From: an uncultured Chloroflexia bacterium
GTDB lineage: Bacteria; Chloroflexota; Anaerolineae; CG2-30-64-16
Assembly: GCA_963774265.1 (NCBI GenBank)
Contig: CAVZDU010000001.1
Coordinates: forward strand, 1,248,001 to 1,312,000
Direction: 5' to 3'
DNA: 64,000 nucleotides
The first letter of the stretch is position 1; each line of letters opens with the position of its first letter. A program made the translations under genes and the position numbers. Of the stretch, positions 42,422-52,888 are shown piece after piece. A model generated the notes under the pieces. The model saw only the letters and a program-made list of their open reading frames with translations. It searched no databases and was not told the DNA's origin.

Positions 42422-43978
42422 TTAGCGCAGGGCCAGCGTTCCCAGTGTGCTCACGGCCTGCTGGATGGCCTGCATCCAGGGGAACTGCCAGAGGCCCAGC
42501 ACCAGTGTGGCTGCAACGGCGATGATGACCGTGGCCCAGACAGGCCAGCCCGGCTGGGGCACCTCTCCCACAGGGATGGTTCCCAAGGCTTCGGCCGGCC
42601 GCGCGCCGGCCATGAACATGGTCACGGTGACCCGCAGGTAGTAGTACGCGGCGATCGCGCTGTTCAGCACGGCGATGATGGCCAGCCAGGCGAGGTTTGC
42701 CTGCACCGCCGCGCCGAAGACGTAGAGCTTGCCGAAGAAGCCTGCGAGCGGTGGGATGCCGGTCAGCGCGAACATGAGGATCGCCATGAGCACGGCCATC
42801 CCCGGCTGGCGGCTCGACAGCCCCGTGATCCGTTCGAGGGACACGTCATTCTCATCCCGGCGCTGCACCGCCAGCAGGACCGCGAACGCGCCCAGGTTCA
42901 TAAAGGTGTAGGCCAGCAGGTAGTAGAGCGCGGCCTGCGCAGCCTGGCTGGTGCCGGCAGCCAGGGCGACGAGGACGTAGCCGGCGTGTGCGATGCTGGA
43001 GTAGGCCAGCATGCGCTTGAGGCTGGTCTGGCGCAGCGCGGCCAAGTTGCCGAGGGTCATGGTGAGCACGGCCAGGGCGGCCAAGACGAGCAATAGGGGG
43101 CGACCCGGCGATGGGGCGACACGCAGGTCGCCCCCTACGCTGGCCAGGACCCGGATGAGGGAAGTGAAGGCGGCGGTCTTGGTAGCCACGGACATGAATG
43201 CGGTCACGGAGGTGGGCGCACCCTGGTACACGTCGGGCGTCCATTGGTGGAAGGGGACCAGCGCCACCTTGAAGCCGTAGCCCACCAGCAGCAGGCCCAC
43301 CCCGAGGGGCAGCAGCGGCGCGTAGGGGGCGACCTGTGTGTCGCCCCCTACCCCGGTCGCCCCTACCCCGGTCGCGAGCCCCTGGCTGATCTGCGCCAGG
43401 TTGGTCGAGCCCGTCGCACCGTAGATCAGCGCGATGCCGTACAGGAAGAAGCCGCTGGCAAACGCACCCAGCAGAAAGTACTTCAGCGATGCCTCAGCCG
43501 AACGCGCATCCCGCCGCGCAAACCCCGTCAGGATATACAGCGCCAGCGAGAAGATCTCCAGCCCCAGGAAGATCACCAGGAAGTCGTTGCCCTGCGCCAT
43601 CGCGATCATCCCCGCGCTCGCCAGCAGGATCAGTGCGTAATAGGGTCCGGGCCGCCGGGTGAAGTCCGCGGTGCGTTCCAGCGCGAGGAGGATGGCCAGG
43701 GCCGCGGCGATGAGGATCGCGGCCGCGGCGAAAATGCCGAGCCCATCCGCCAGTGCCATGCCGCCCACGATTGAAGATTGCAGATTGAAGATTTGGCCGG
43801 GCCACTGGGAGATCGTGGCCGCCAGGCTGCCCACCACGGCCAGGAGGCTCCCCCAGGCCAAGCCACGCTTGCCCGCAGGAGGCAGCACCAGGTCGGCCAG
43901 CAGCACCAGCAGGCTCGCCGCCACCAGGATGATCTGCGGTAGGATGGCCAGTAGATTGAATGTCGGTATCGTAATCAC
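42422..43978 (-). CDS. nuoN: NADH-quinone oxidoreductase subunit N
   Basis: EASLKYFLLGAFAS, FKVALVPFHQWTPDVYQGAP, KRMLAYSSIAHAGY. Confidence 0.95.
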   Translation of the reverse strand: MITIPTFNLLAILPQIILVAASLLVLLADLVLPPAGKRGLAWGSLLAVVGSLAATISQWPGQIFNLQSSIVGGMALADGLGIFAAAAILIAAALAILLALERTADFTRRPGPYYALILLASAGMIAMAQGNDFLVIFLGLEIFSLALYILTGFARRDARSAEASLKYFLLGAFASGFFLYGIALIYGATGSTNLAQISQGLATGVGATGVGGDTQVAPYAPLLPLGVGLLLVGYGFKVALVPFHQWTPDVYQGAPTSVTAFMSVATKTAAFTSLIRVLASVGGDLRVAPSPGRPLLLVLAALAVLTMTLGNLAALRQTSLKRMLAYSSIAHAGYVLVALAAGTSQAAQAALYYLLAYTFMNLGAFAVLLAVQRRDENDVSLERITGLSSRQPGMAVLMAILMFALTGIPPLAGFFGKLYVFGAAVQANLAWLAIIAVLNSAIAAYYYLRVTVTMFMAGARPAEALGTIPVGEVPQPGWPVWATVIIAVAATLVLGLWQFPWMQAIQQAVSTLGTLALR

Positions 43979-44022
43979 AGTTTGCCTCGTCTGGGTCGCA
44001 GGGGCGACACGGAGGTCGCCCC

Positions 44023-45555
44023 CTACTTATCCACCATCAGACTCACCGCGGGCGGCCGCTGGTTCAGGGCCTCCGCCACCGCCTGCGCCGACGGATTAAT
44101 CTTGTCGAAGAACAGGTTCGGGAAAAGCCCGATGACAAAGAACAGCACGATCAGCGGTGCAAGCGTAATAACCTCGCGCGGCGTCAGGTCGCGGAGCTGC
44201 GCGTTCTCGGGCCTGGTGAGCGGGCCGTGCAGCATCAGCCGGATGGCCCACAGCAGGTACCAGGCGGCCAGGATGATCCCCAGCGTGCCGAAGACCGCGA
44301 AGACCGGGTTGGCCTGGTACGCGCCGAGCAGGATATTGAACTCACCCACGAAGCCGTTCAGCCCGGGCAGGCCCGCGGATGACAGGCTGACGATGATGAA
44401 GAGGAAGCCGTAGACGGGCATCTGCTTCCAGAGCCCGCCAAAATCCGCCAGCAGGCGGGTGTGCCGCCGGTTGTAGAGCATGCCGACCATGAGGAAGAGC
44501 GCGCCGGTGCTCAGGCCGTGGTTGACCATCTGCAAGGTGGCGCCGGCGATGCCCTGGGGGTTGAGGGCCAGGATGCCCAGCATAACGAAGCCGAGGTGCG
44601 CGACGGATGAATAGGCGACCAGGGCCTTGACGTCCTTCTGCACCAGCGCGACCAGGCCGCCGTAGAGGATGCCCACCAGGGCCAGCCCCGCGATCCACGG
44701 GACCGCGGCCCGGGTCGCGTCGGGGAAGAGCGGCAGGCAGAAGCGCACGAACCCGTAGGTCCCCATCTTGAGCAGCACCGCGGCCAGGATCACCGAGCCG
44801 CCAGTGGGCGCTGCGACGTGTGCGTCGGGCAGCCAGGTGTGGAACGGGAAGAGCGGCACCTTGATGGCGAAGGCCAGCGCAAAGGCCAGGAAGAGCCAGA
44901 GCTGCAGGTCCGGGCCGAGGCTGAGCCGCTGGAGCTCGAGCACGTCGAAGGTGCCGCCCTGCCCGTGGAGCACCAGGATGGCCACCAGCATCAGCGCGCT
45001 GCCGGCGAAGGTGTAGAGGAAGAATTTGAGGGCCGCGTAGATGCGCCAAGACATGACCCGGCCCAGGAAGGTGTATGTGCCGTGGGGATCGCCCCAGCCG
45101 CCGATGAGGAAATACATCGGGATGAGGGTCAGCTCCCAGAAGACGTAGAACAGCACCAGGTCCAGGGCGACAAAGACGCCGACCATGCCCGCCTCAAGGG
45201 CCAGCATCAGGAACAGGTAGCCCTTGAGGCCCTTCTCTACACCCTCCCACGAGAAGATCAACACCAGCATCGTAATCAGCGTGGTGAGCAGGACGAGGAA
45301 GAGGCTCAGCCCGTCAACGCCCAGGAAATACTGGATGTTGAACTGGGGCACCCAAGGCAGCCGCTCGACGAACTGCATCCCCGCCTCGCCCGCCTGCCAC
45401 CAGGCAAACAACAGGCAGGACACGGCAAACGTGGCCGCGCTGACCGCGAGCGCCCACCACTTCTGCAGCCGCGCTCCCGGCAGCAGCAGCAGCACCAGCG
45501 CCCCCGCCAGCGGCAGGAAGGTGATGATCGACAGTAACGGTAAATTTGAGATCAT
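44023..45555 (-). CDS. nuoM: NADH-quinone oxidoreductase subunit M
   Basis: LGVDGLS, FYVFWE, KVPLFPFHTWLPDAH, LKMGTYG, GLPGLNGFVGEF. Confidence 0.95.
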   Translation of the reverse strand: MISNLPLLSIITFLPLAGALVLLLLPGARLQKWWALAVSAATFAVSCLLFAWWQAGEAGMQFVERLPWVPQFNIQYFLGVDGLSLFLVLLTTLITMLVLIFSWEGVEKGLKGYLFLMLALEAGMVGVFVALDLVLFYVFWELTLIPMYFLIGGWGDPHGTYTFLGRVMSWRIYAALKFFLYTFAGSALMLVAILVLHGQGGTFDVLELQRLSLGPDLQLWLFLAFALAFAIKVPLFPFHTWLPDAHVAAPTGGSVILAAVLLKMGTYGFVRFCLPLFPDATRAAVPWIAGLALVGILYGGLVALVQKDVKALVAYSSVAHLGFVMLGILALNPQGIAGATLQMVNHGLSTGALFLMVGMLYNRRHTRLLADFGGLWKQMPVYGFLFIIVSLSSAGLPGLNGFVGEFNILLGAYQANPVFAVFGTLGIILAAWYLLWAIRLMLHGPLTRPENAQLRDLTPREVITLAPLIVLFFVIGLFPNLFFDKINPSAQAVAEALNQRPPAVSLMVDK

Positions 45556-45701
45556 ATTCTCACCACAAAGGACACAAAGACGGTTGCAAGTTACAGGTTG
45601 CAGGTTGCAGGTTGCAGGTTCCAACCTTCAACCGTACGGGTGGTCGCCGTTGCGGCGATGCTGCGCATCGCGCAACGCCGTCACCGCCCGATCTTCAATC
45701 C

Positions 45702-47621
45702 TCACTTCGCCATCACCAGCCACGCGGCCACCGCGACCGCGCCAAACAACATCGCCAGCGCGTACAGGCCGACCATGCCGGTTTGCAGGCGGCGGACCTG
45801 GCTGCCGGCCCAGCCGGTGAGGCCGGCGAGGCCGTTCACCGCGCCGTCGATGCCGCCCTTGTCGAAGGTGGCCGCGAACCACTCGCCGAGGGCCCGCAGG
45901 GGCCCGACGACGATCATGTTGTAAGCCTCGTCGACGTAGTATTTGTTCTCGACCAGCCTGGTGAGCGGGCCAAAGGCCGCACGGGCGCGCTTGGGCAGGT
46001 CACGGTCCGCGACGTACGCCCGGTAAGCCAGGAACGCACCGGCCAGGGCAACGAGGGCCGAGACGGCCAGCAGGACGAGTTCGATGATTGAAGATTGAAG
46101 GTTGAAGATTGAAGATGGCGCGGTCCCTCCCGCATGCGCCCCTCCCTGAAACACCGGCTCCAGCCAGCCGTCGATGGCCGAGATGGACGGCAGGCCGACG
46201 TAGCCGGCGAGGATCGCGCCGATGGCCAGGATGATCAGGGGCACGGTCATGACGGCCGGCGATTCGTGCGCATGGCTGAAGAGCTTCTTGTCCCGCTCCT
46301 GGCCCCAGAAGGCCATGAAGACCATGCGGAAGGAGTAGCAGGCGGTGATGAAGGCGGTGATGATGCCGACGACCCAGAGCGGGACCGCGTGCTCGAAGGC
46401 GTAGAAGAGGATGGCGTCCTTGCTGAAGAAGCCCGACAGCAGGGGGATGCCGGCCAGCGCGGCCGCGCCAATGAGGAAGGTCCAGTAGGTCGTGGGAAGC
46501 ACGGCACGCAGGTTGCCCATTTTGCGGATGTCCAGCTCGCCGTGCAGGGCGTGCATGACGCTGCCCGCGGCCAGGAAGAGGAGCGCCTTGAAGAAGGCGT
46601 GGGTCATCAGGTGGAAGATTCCCGCGGCATAGGCGCCCACGCCGACCGCGACGAACATGAAGCCAAGCTGCGAGACGGTGGAGTAAGCCAGGATGCGCTT
46701 GAGATCGGTTTGGGTGAGGGCGATGGTGCCCGCGATGAATGCGGTGGCCATGCCGACCCAGGCGACCCAGTTGCCCGTGGCCGGCGCCAGGTCGAAGAGC
46801 GTGGCGGAGCGGGCGATCATGTAGACGCCGGCGGTGACCATGGTGGCGGCATGGATCAGCGCAGAGACCGGGGTGGGGCCCTCCATGGCGTCGGGCAGCC
46901 AGACGAACAGGGGGATCTGCGCGCTCTTACCGGTGGCGGCCAGGAGCATGAGCATGGTGGCGGTCATGACGGCGGCGTTGCCCGCGCCCCAGACCTCAGG
47001 CGCGGCCCGGAAGACCTCGGTGAACTGCAGCGAGCCGAGCCCCGTCCAGATGATCATGATGGCCAGCAGGAGGCCGAAGTCGCCGATGCGGTTGACGATA
47101 AAGGCCTTCTTGCCCGCGTCCGCGGCCGATGGTTTCTCGAACCAGAAGCCGATGAGCAGGTAGGAGGCCAGGCCCACGCCTTCCCAGCCCACGAACATGA
47201 GCAGGTAGTTGTTCGCCAGGATCAAGGTCGTCATCATGAGGATGAAAAGGTTGAGGTAGGCGAAGTAGCGCGGGTGGCGCGGGTCGTCGTGCATGTAGCC
47301 GGCAGAGTAGACGTGGATCAGGAAGCCGATGCCGGTGACGACCAGGGCCATGGTCACGGAGAGCTGGTCGACCAGCAGCGCGACGTCAACGCTGAAGTTG
47401 CCCACGACCATCCAGCGCCAGAGGGTGACCTCATGGCTGCGCTCCTCCGCGGGCAGGCCGAGCAGCTGGATAAAGAGGGTCACGGCAACGGCGAAGCTGA
47501 GGAAGACCATGGCGGGCGCGAGGAAGCCCACGGCGCGGCGGCCCAGCCGTGTGCCGAGAAAGGAGACGATGAGCGCACCCAGCGCTGGAAAGGCGAGTAT
47601 CAACCAGGCGTAGTCAAGCAT
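45702..47621 (-). CDS. nuoL: NADH-quinone oxidoreductase subunit L, standard-length amphipathic helix
   Basis: GWEGVGLASY, GKSAQIPLFVWLPDAMEGPTPVSALIHAATMV, HAFFKALLF. Confidence 0.96.
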   Translation of the reverse strand: MLDYAWLILAFPALGALIVSFLGTRLGRRAVGFLAPAMVFLSFAVAVTLFIQLLGLPAEERSHEVTLWRWMVVGNFSVDVALLVDQLSVTMALVVTGIGFLIHVYSAGYMHDDPRHPRYFAYLNLFILMMTTLILANNYLLMFVGWEGVGLASYLLIGFWFEKPSAADAGKKAFIVNRIGDFGLLLAIMIIWTGLGSLQFTEVFRAAPEVWGAGNAAVMTATMLMLLAATGKSAQIPLFVWLPDAMEGPTPVSALIHAATMVTAGVYMIARSATLFDLAPATGNWVAWVGMATAFIAGTIALTQTDLKRILAYSTVSQLGFMFVAVGVGAYAAGIFHLMTHAFFKALLFLAAGSVMHALHGELDIRKMGNLRAVLPTTYWTFLIGAAALAGIPLLSGFFSKDAILFYAFEHAVPLWVVGIITAFITACYSFRMVFMAFWGQERDKKLFSHAHESPAVMTVPLIILAIGAILAGYVGLPSISAIDGWLEPVFQGGAHAGGTAPSSIFNLQSSIIELVLLAVSALVALAGAFLAYRAYVADRDLPKRARAAFGPLTRLVENKYYVDEAYNMIVVGPLRALGEWFAATFDKGGIDGAVNGLAGLTGWAGSQVRRLQTGMVGLYALAMLFGAVAVAAWLVMAK

Positions 47622-47625
47622 GCTG

Positions 47626-47928
47626 TCAGCCCTTCAACAGGTTTATGTCTGCGATGTTGGTTGTATCTCTGTGCCGGATCGCAGCCATGACGATGGCCAG
47701 GCCGACCGCGACTTCGGCGGCCGCGACGACCACGGCCATCAGGACAAAGATCTGGCCGTGGAGTGACAGGAAGTGACGCGCGAGCGCGGCGAAGGTGAGG
47801 TTCACGGCGTTGAGCATCATCTCGACGGACATGAAGATAATGAGTACATTGCGCCGCAGCACGACACCCAGCGCGCCGATGGTGAACAGCACCGCGCTCA
47901 GGATCAGGAAGTAGGTGGTTGGGACCAT
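47626..47928 (-). CDS. nuoK: NADH-quinone oxidoreductase subunit K
   Basis: RRN..MSVEMMLNAVN, AAAEVAVGLA. Confidence 0.95.
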   Translation of the reverse strand: MVPTTYFLILSAVLFTIGALGVVLRRNVLIIFMSVEMMLNAVNLTFAALARHFLSLHGQIFVLMAVVVAAAEVAVGLAIVMAAIRHRDTTNIADINLLKG

Positions 47929-48027
47929 AGGTCGATACTCTCTTTTGTTAGTGCTCTCAGGTGCCCGCTCTCAGGTACCTCAGGTGCCCGGCACTTGCCA
48001 AGTGCCGGGCACCTCTTATTGCGCCTC

Positions 48028-48543
48028 TTATTCCGCCGGCCGCGCCAGCACCACCGCGCCAATCATGCCGACCAGCAACAGCACCGAAGCCAACTCAAAC
48101 GGCAGCAAATAATCGGTGTACAGCACCGCGCCGATAGCCTGCACGCTGCCCTGCCCAAACGCCGCGGCATCACCCTGGACGGGGTTGAGCTGGCCGGTCA
48201 GCAGGCCATACCCCACGGTGGCCAGGAGGAGCGCGCCCAGGACCAGCGCGGTGATCTGCGGCCAGCGGAACCGCTGGGCCAGCGGCTGGCTCCGGTCGCG
48301 GATGTCGGTGAGCTCGCCGCCACCCAGGAGCATCACAACGAACAGGAACAGCACAACGATCGCGCCGCCGTAGACAATGACCTGAACCACGGCGAGGAAT
48401 TGCGCCTGCAGCATGATGTAGAGCGCGGCCAGCGACGCGAAGTTCACCAGCAGGAAGAGCGCGCTGTAGATGGGCCGGCGGCTGATGATGACCCCGGCCG
48501 CGGCTACGATGGCGATGAGACTAAAGACGATAAACAGGAACAT
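48028..48543 (-). CDS. nuoJ: NADH-quinone oxidoreductase subunit J
   Basis: QVIVYGGAIVVLFLFVVMLL, YLLPFELASVLLL. Confidence 0.93.
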   Translation of the reverse strand: MFLFIVFSLIAIVAAAGVIISRRPIYSALFLLVNFASLAALYIMLQAQFLAVVQVIVYGGAIVVLFLFVVMLLGGGELTDIRDRSQPLAQRFRWPQITALVLGALLLATVGYGLLTGQLNPVQGDAAAFGQGSVQAIGAVLYTDYLLPFELASVLLLVGMIGAVVLARPAE

Positions 48544-48551
48544 GCCCACCT

Positions 48552-49022
48552 CTACTCGGCGCGAACGACCACGTTCGGGGTGGTCGGTTTGAGCAGCTCT
48601 TCTTTGGTCCACAGGAAGCCGTCGCGCGTGTAGACCGCGGTCTCGAATTCGTGGCCCAGAACGACAGCCTCCACGGGGCAGGCGGTCTCGCAGTCGCCGC
48701 AGTAGATGCAGCGCATCAGGTTGACTTCCCACACACTGGCGTAACGCTCGTCGGGGCTGACCGGGTGCGCCGGGTCATTTTCCGCGGCCTCGACGTGGAT
48801 GGCCCCGGTGGGGCACGCGGCCTCACACAGCATGCAGCCGATGCAGCGCTCCAGCCCGTTCTCGTAGCGGCGCAGCTCGTGCCGCGCGCGGAAGCGTGGG
48901 TAAACCGCGGCCGGCTCCTCGGGATATTGGGATGTGATCTGGCCCCGGAACAGGTTGGTCAGCGTCACGCGGAAACCCTTCAGGATCTCAACCGCGCCCT
49001 TGATGGAATCAGTTACGGTCAT
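48552..49022 (-). CDS. nuoI: NADH-quinone oxidoreductase subunit I
   Basis: [12 protein letters not shown] and [12 protein letters not shown]. Confidence 0.95.
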   Translation of the reverse strand: MTVTDSIKGAVEILKGFRVTLTNLFRGQITSQYPEEPAAVYPRFRARHELRRYENGLERCIGCMLCEAACPTGAIHVEAAENDPAHPVSPDERYASVWEVNLMRCIYCGDCETACPVEAVVLGHEFETAVYTRDGFLWTKEELLKPTTPNVVVRAE

Positions 49023-49032
49023 TCAGATACCT

Positions 49033-50056
49033 CTACACCAGCGTCACAATCACCGCCGTGATGGCCAGGTAGACCAGCGCGACCGGGAACAGGAACGTCC
49101 AGCAGAACCTGAGGAGCTGGTCGTAGCGCGGGCGGGGCACGCTGGCGCTCACCCAGATGAACAGGAACACCATGACCATGATCTTGGCCACGAAGTAGCC
49201 CAGGCCCAGGATCGGGAATTGCTCGACGAACGGGCCGCGCCAGCCACCGAAAAAGACGGACACGGCCACCGCGCTCGCGCCCAGGATGTGCAGGTATTCG
49301 GTCATGTAGAAGAGCGCGAACTTGATGCTGCCGTACTCGGTCGCGTAGCCCGAGACAAGCTCGTTCTCGGTCTCCGGGAAGTCGAACGGCTTGCGGGTGG
49401 TCTCGGCCAGCATGGTGATGAAGTAGAAGGGGAAGGCCAGCCATATCCATAGCCACAGCCACCAGGGCCGGTTCATCGCGACGATCCGGTTCAGGCTCAG
49501 CGTGCCGAAGCCGTCCGCGGTGCCCAGGGTCGTGGTCAGGATCAACGCGATGAGCAGGATGCCCATGGGCAGCTCGTATGAAAGCATCTGGGCGCTGGTG
49601 CGCAGCGCGCCGAGCAGGGAGTATTTGTTGTTGCTGGCGTAGCCGCCCAGGATGATGCCGTAGATGCCGATGGCGGCCGCGGCCAGGACCCACAGGAAGC
49701 CGATGTTGACGTCGGCCACCTGGAGGGGAATCTGCCGGCCGAACAGATTGAGCGTGGGGCCGACCGGAACCACCGCAAAAATGAGCAGCGCGGGCGCGAT
49801 GGCCAGCGCGGGCGCAACGACGTAGAGCAATTTGTCAGCGCGCGGGGATGATTTCCTCTTTGAAGATCATCTTGAGTGCGTCCGCGATCGGGTGGCCCAG
49901 GCCGAATTTCCACGCGCGGTTCGGGCCGATGCGCAGTTGGAAGCGCCCAATCATCTTGCGCTCGAACAGGGTGAGGTAGGCAAAGCCGGTCAGCAGCACT
50001 ACCACGAGCACGAGCGATGTGATTGCCGGGATGAGAATGAGGCCGATCCAGTCCAT
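49033..50056 (-). CDS. nuoH: NADH-quinone oxidoreductase subunit H; frameshift near 49832
   Basis: ERK..RFQLRIGPNR, ADALKMIFKE, SNNKYSLLGALR, PFDFPETENELVSG. Confidence 0.92.
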
Positions 50057-50060
50057 GCCG

Positions 50061-52792
50061 TTACTCCAGCGAAGCGTGATCGAGCGCGATGGTGACGGAG
50101 ACCGGTTCTCCGCGGCCGGCGCCGAGAGTCTCGGCCGGGAGGCCGGTCAGGCCGTAGGGCATCCAGGCAGCGCCGGCCGGCATTGCTGGATCCGCGCGCA
50201 GTTCGACGGTGACGCTGGCCAGCGCGGAGGTGACGGTGGCCAGGGTGACGATTGAAGATTGAAGATTGACGATTGAAGATAGGTCGGCCGGGTTGAGCGC
50301 GATGAATGGCGCCGGGATCTTCGCCCGGACCTGCTCGGCCGCGTGCTGCATCAGCACCCCGCCGTCCCACAGGATGGGGCCGGCGATGAGATTGAAGGAT
50401 GAAGGTTGAAGGTTTGAAGGTTGAAGGTCATTCTCACCAATCTTCAATCTGGAATCTTCAATCTTCAATCCGTACCCTTCCCCCGCCCACTGCCGCCCCT
50501 GGTCGGTGAGCGCGTCCCAGCGCAGAGCTGCGTAGACGGGGACGGCTTTGGTGATTTCTTCGAGCACGGACTGGGCGCTGGCGTAAGTCCAGGGTTTGGC
50601 CGCGAAACCGGTCTTGGCGGCCTGCGCGTGCTTCTTTCGCTTCCAGTCGGGGACCGCAGCGGCCCCCTGCGCTCCTGCGAGCGCGGGCGTTGGCGCCTCC
50701 ACGGCGTCGCGGCCCTGAGTCGCCATCCAACGCTCGGCCAATCGGGTCAGGATCGCCCAGCCGGGCAGCGCATCCCCCACCGGCTCAATGCCGGCCGGGC
50801 CGCGCTGGACGCGACGCTCGAGGTTGGTGTAGGTCCCATCGGACTCGGCCCAGGATGTCGCTGGCAGGACCACATGCGCGAGCCGGGCCGTCTTGGTCAG
50901 GAACAAGTCCTGAACCACCAGGAAGCCCAGCTTAGCCAGCGCCTCAGCCGCCCGCGCGGATGCGCCGGGGTCCGCCTCAATAACGTACAGCCCTTTCACG
51001 CCGCCTTCGAGCATCGCCGTGTAACTCAGTCCGGGCTCCGCGGGCGGCTGCACCCCCCACAGCTTGCCCAGCCGTTCGCGCACCGCGGCATCGCCCACCG
51101 GGAGCTGGCCGGGCAGGCTGTCGCTGACCACGCCCATGTCGCGCAGACCCTGGCCGTTGGGCTCATGGCCGATGTACGCGAGCTCACCGCGGCCGAGGAG
51201 CGCGGCGATGTTGTTCAGCGCGCTGACCGTCAGCCGCCCGCGCTCCCCGCGCGCCGCGTCAGGGCCGTAGATGAACAGCGGCGATTTGGCGGCGACGAGA
51301 AGATCGGCGGCGCGCCGAATGAAAGATTCAACGTAGGGGGCGACCTGCGTGTCGCCCCTGCGCCCCCCGGCGCCCGCCATCTGGCTGACCTGTTGCGGCC
51401 TGCCGCCCCGCGCATGTGGATCCGCTTTCGGCGGCGCGACTTTGGCCGCCTGCAGCAGCGACGCGATCTCGTTCAGCGCTGCCGCTTCACCCCCTGGCTG
51501 CACCGCGATGGTCGCGCCCTTGCCGTCATCGGTGTACCGCGCGAGCTCGATGCGCCGCGGATTGAGGATGATCAGCTTCGCGCTCTTGCGCCGGACCGCC
51601 CGCTTGATGTGCAGATCGAGCACCGGCGTCGCCTCGCTCGGATCAAACCCCACCAGCACTATCACATCGCTCTCGCCGATGTCGGCGATCGCCGAGAGCC
51701 CGGTCGGTGCTGCCCGCACACCCGCCCCTTCCGAGAAGTCGACGTTGTTCGTGCCGACCAGGCCGCGGAAGAACTTCTGGAACAGATATGCGGCCTCGTT
51801 CGAGATCCGGCCGCCCGCGATGCCCCCGATGGGAGCACCCCCGGTGGGGGCACCCCCATGGGGGCAATAGCCCTGAAGCCCTCCACCACAGCCGCCAGCG
51901 CCTCATCCCAACTGGCCGGCCGCAGTGCACCGTTCTCCCGGATCATCGGCGTCTTGAGCCGCTCCGGGTGGTCGACGTGCTGGTGCAGGAAGCGCCCCTT
52001 ATCGCAGATCCACTCGTCGTTGACCGCCATGTTCTCGCGGGCTACGATGCGGCGCAACGTATGCACCCGCTCGTCCAGGCGCAGGTTGCAGCCCACGGGG
52101 CAGTGGGTGCAGATGCTCGGTGTCTTGCGCAGCTCCCAGGGGCGGTACTTGAAGCGGGCGACCCGGTTGGTCAGCGCGCCGACCGGGCAGATGTCGATGA
52201 TGCTGCCCGAGGTCCTGGCGTCCACCGGCTTGCCGGGAAACACATCGATGAGCGTCTCGCCCCCGCGCTCGAATAGCCCGATCTGCGGCTTATCTTCCCA
52301 CTCTTCGAGGTAGCGGATGCAACGCCAGCACAAGATGCAGCGCTCCTGGTCCAGCATGATCAGATCGCTGATGGGGTAGTGCTTCTTCTTGCGCCGCTTG
52401 GCCTCGATGAACTTGCTCGCACCCGGCCCGTATTCCATCGTGTTGTCTTGCAGCGGGCACTCGCCGCCCTTATCACAGATCGGGCAGTCGAGCGGGTGGT
52501 TGATCAGGATGAAGCCGAGCACCGCCTCGCGCGCCTCCCGCACCGCCTCACTGTTCGTCACGACGACCATGCCCTCGCTCACGCGCACCGTGCAGGCTGT
52601 ATCCAGCCGGCTCCCGCGCGGCCCGGGGAACTCCACCAGGCACATCCGACACGCGCCCAGCGGGTCCAGCTTCGGGTGCGAGCAGAAAATCGGAATCTCA
52701 ACCCCCGCCGCCTTCGCCGCGTCGATCACCAGCGCCCCCGCAGGGACCTGGACCTTGATGTCGTCGATGGTCACATTGACCAGATCTGCCAT
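50061..52792 (-). CDS. nuoG: NADH-quinone oxidoreductase subunit G; frameshift within a 15-bp repeat near 51855
   Basis: FCSHP..GACRMC, NHPLDCPICDKGGECPLQD, CILCWRC, CTHCPVGC, ESDGTYTNLERR. Confidence 0.92.
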
Positions 52793-52888
52793 ACGTTTCC
52801 CCTTGGCGATTACAGATTGAAAATTGAAAATTGAAGATTGAAGATGACGAGCCCGATCTTCAATCTGTAATCTTCAATCTTCCATCCG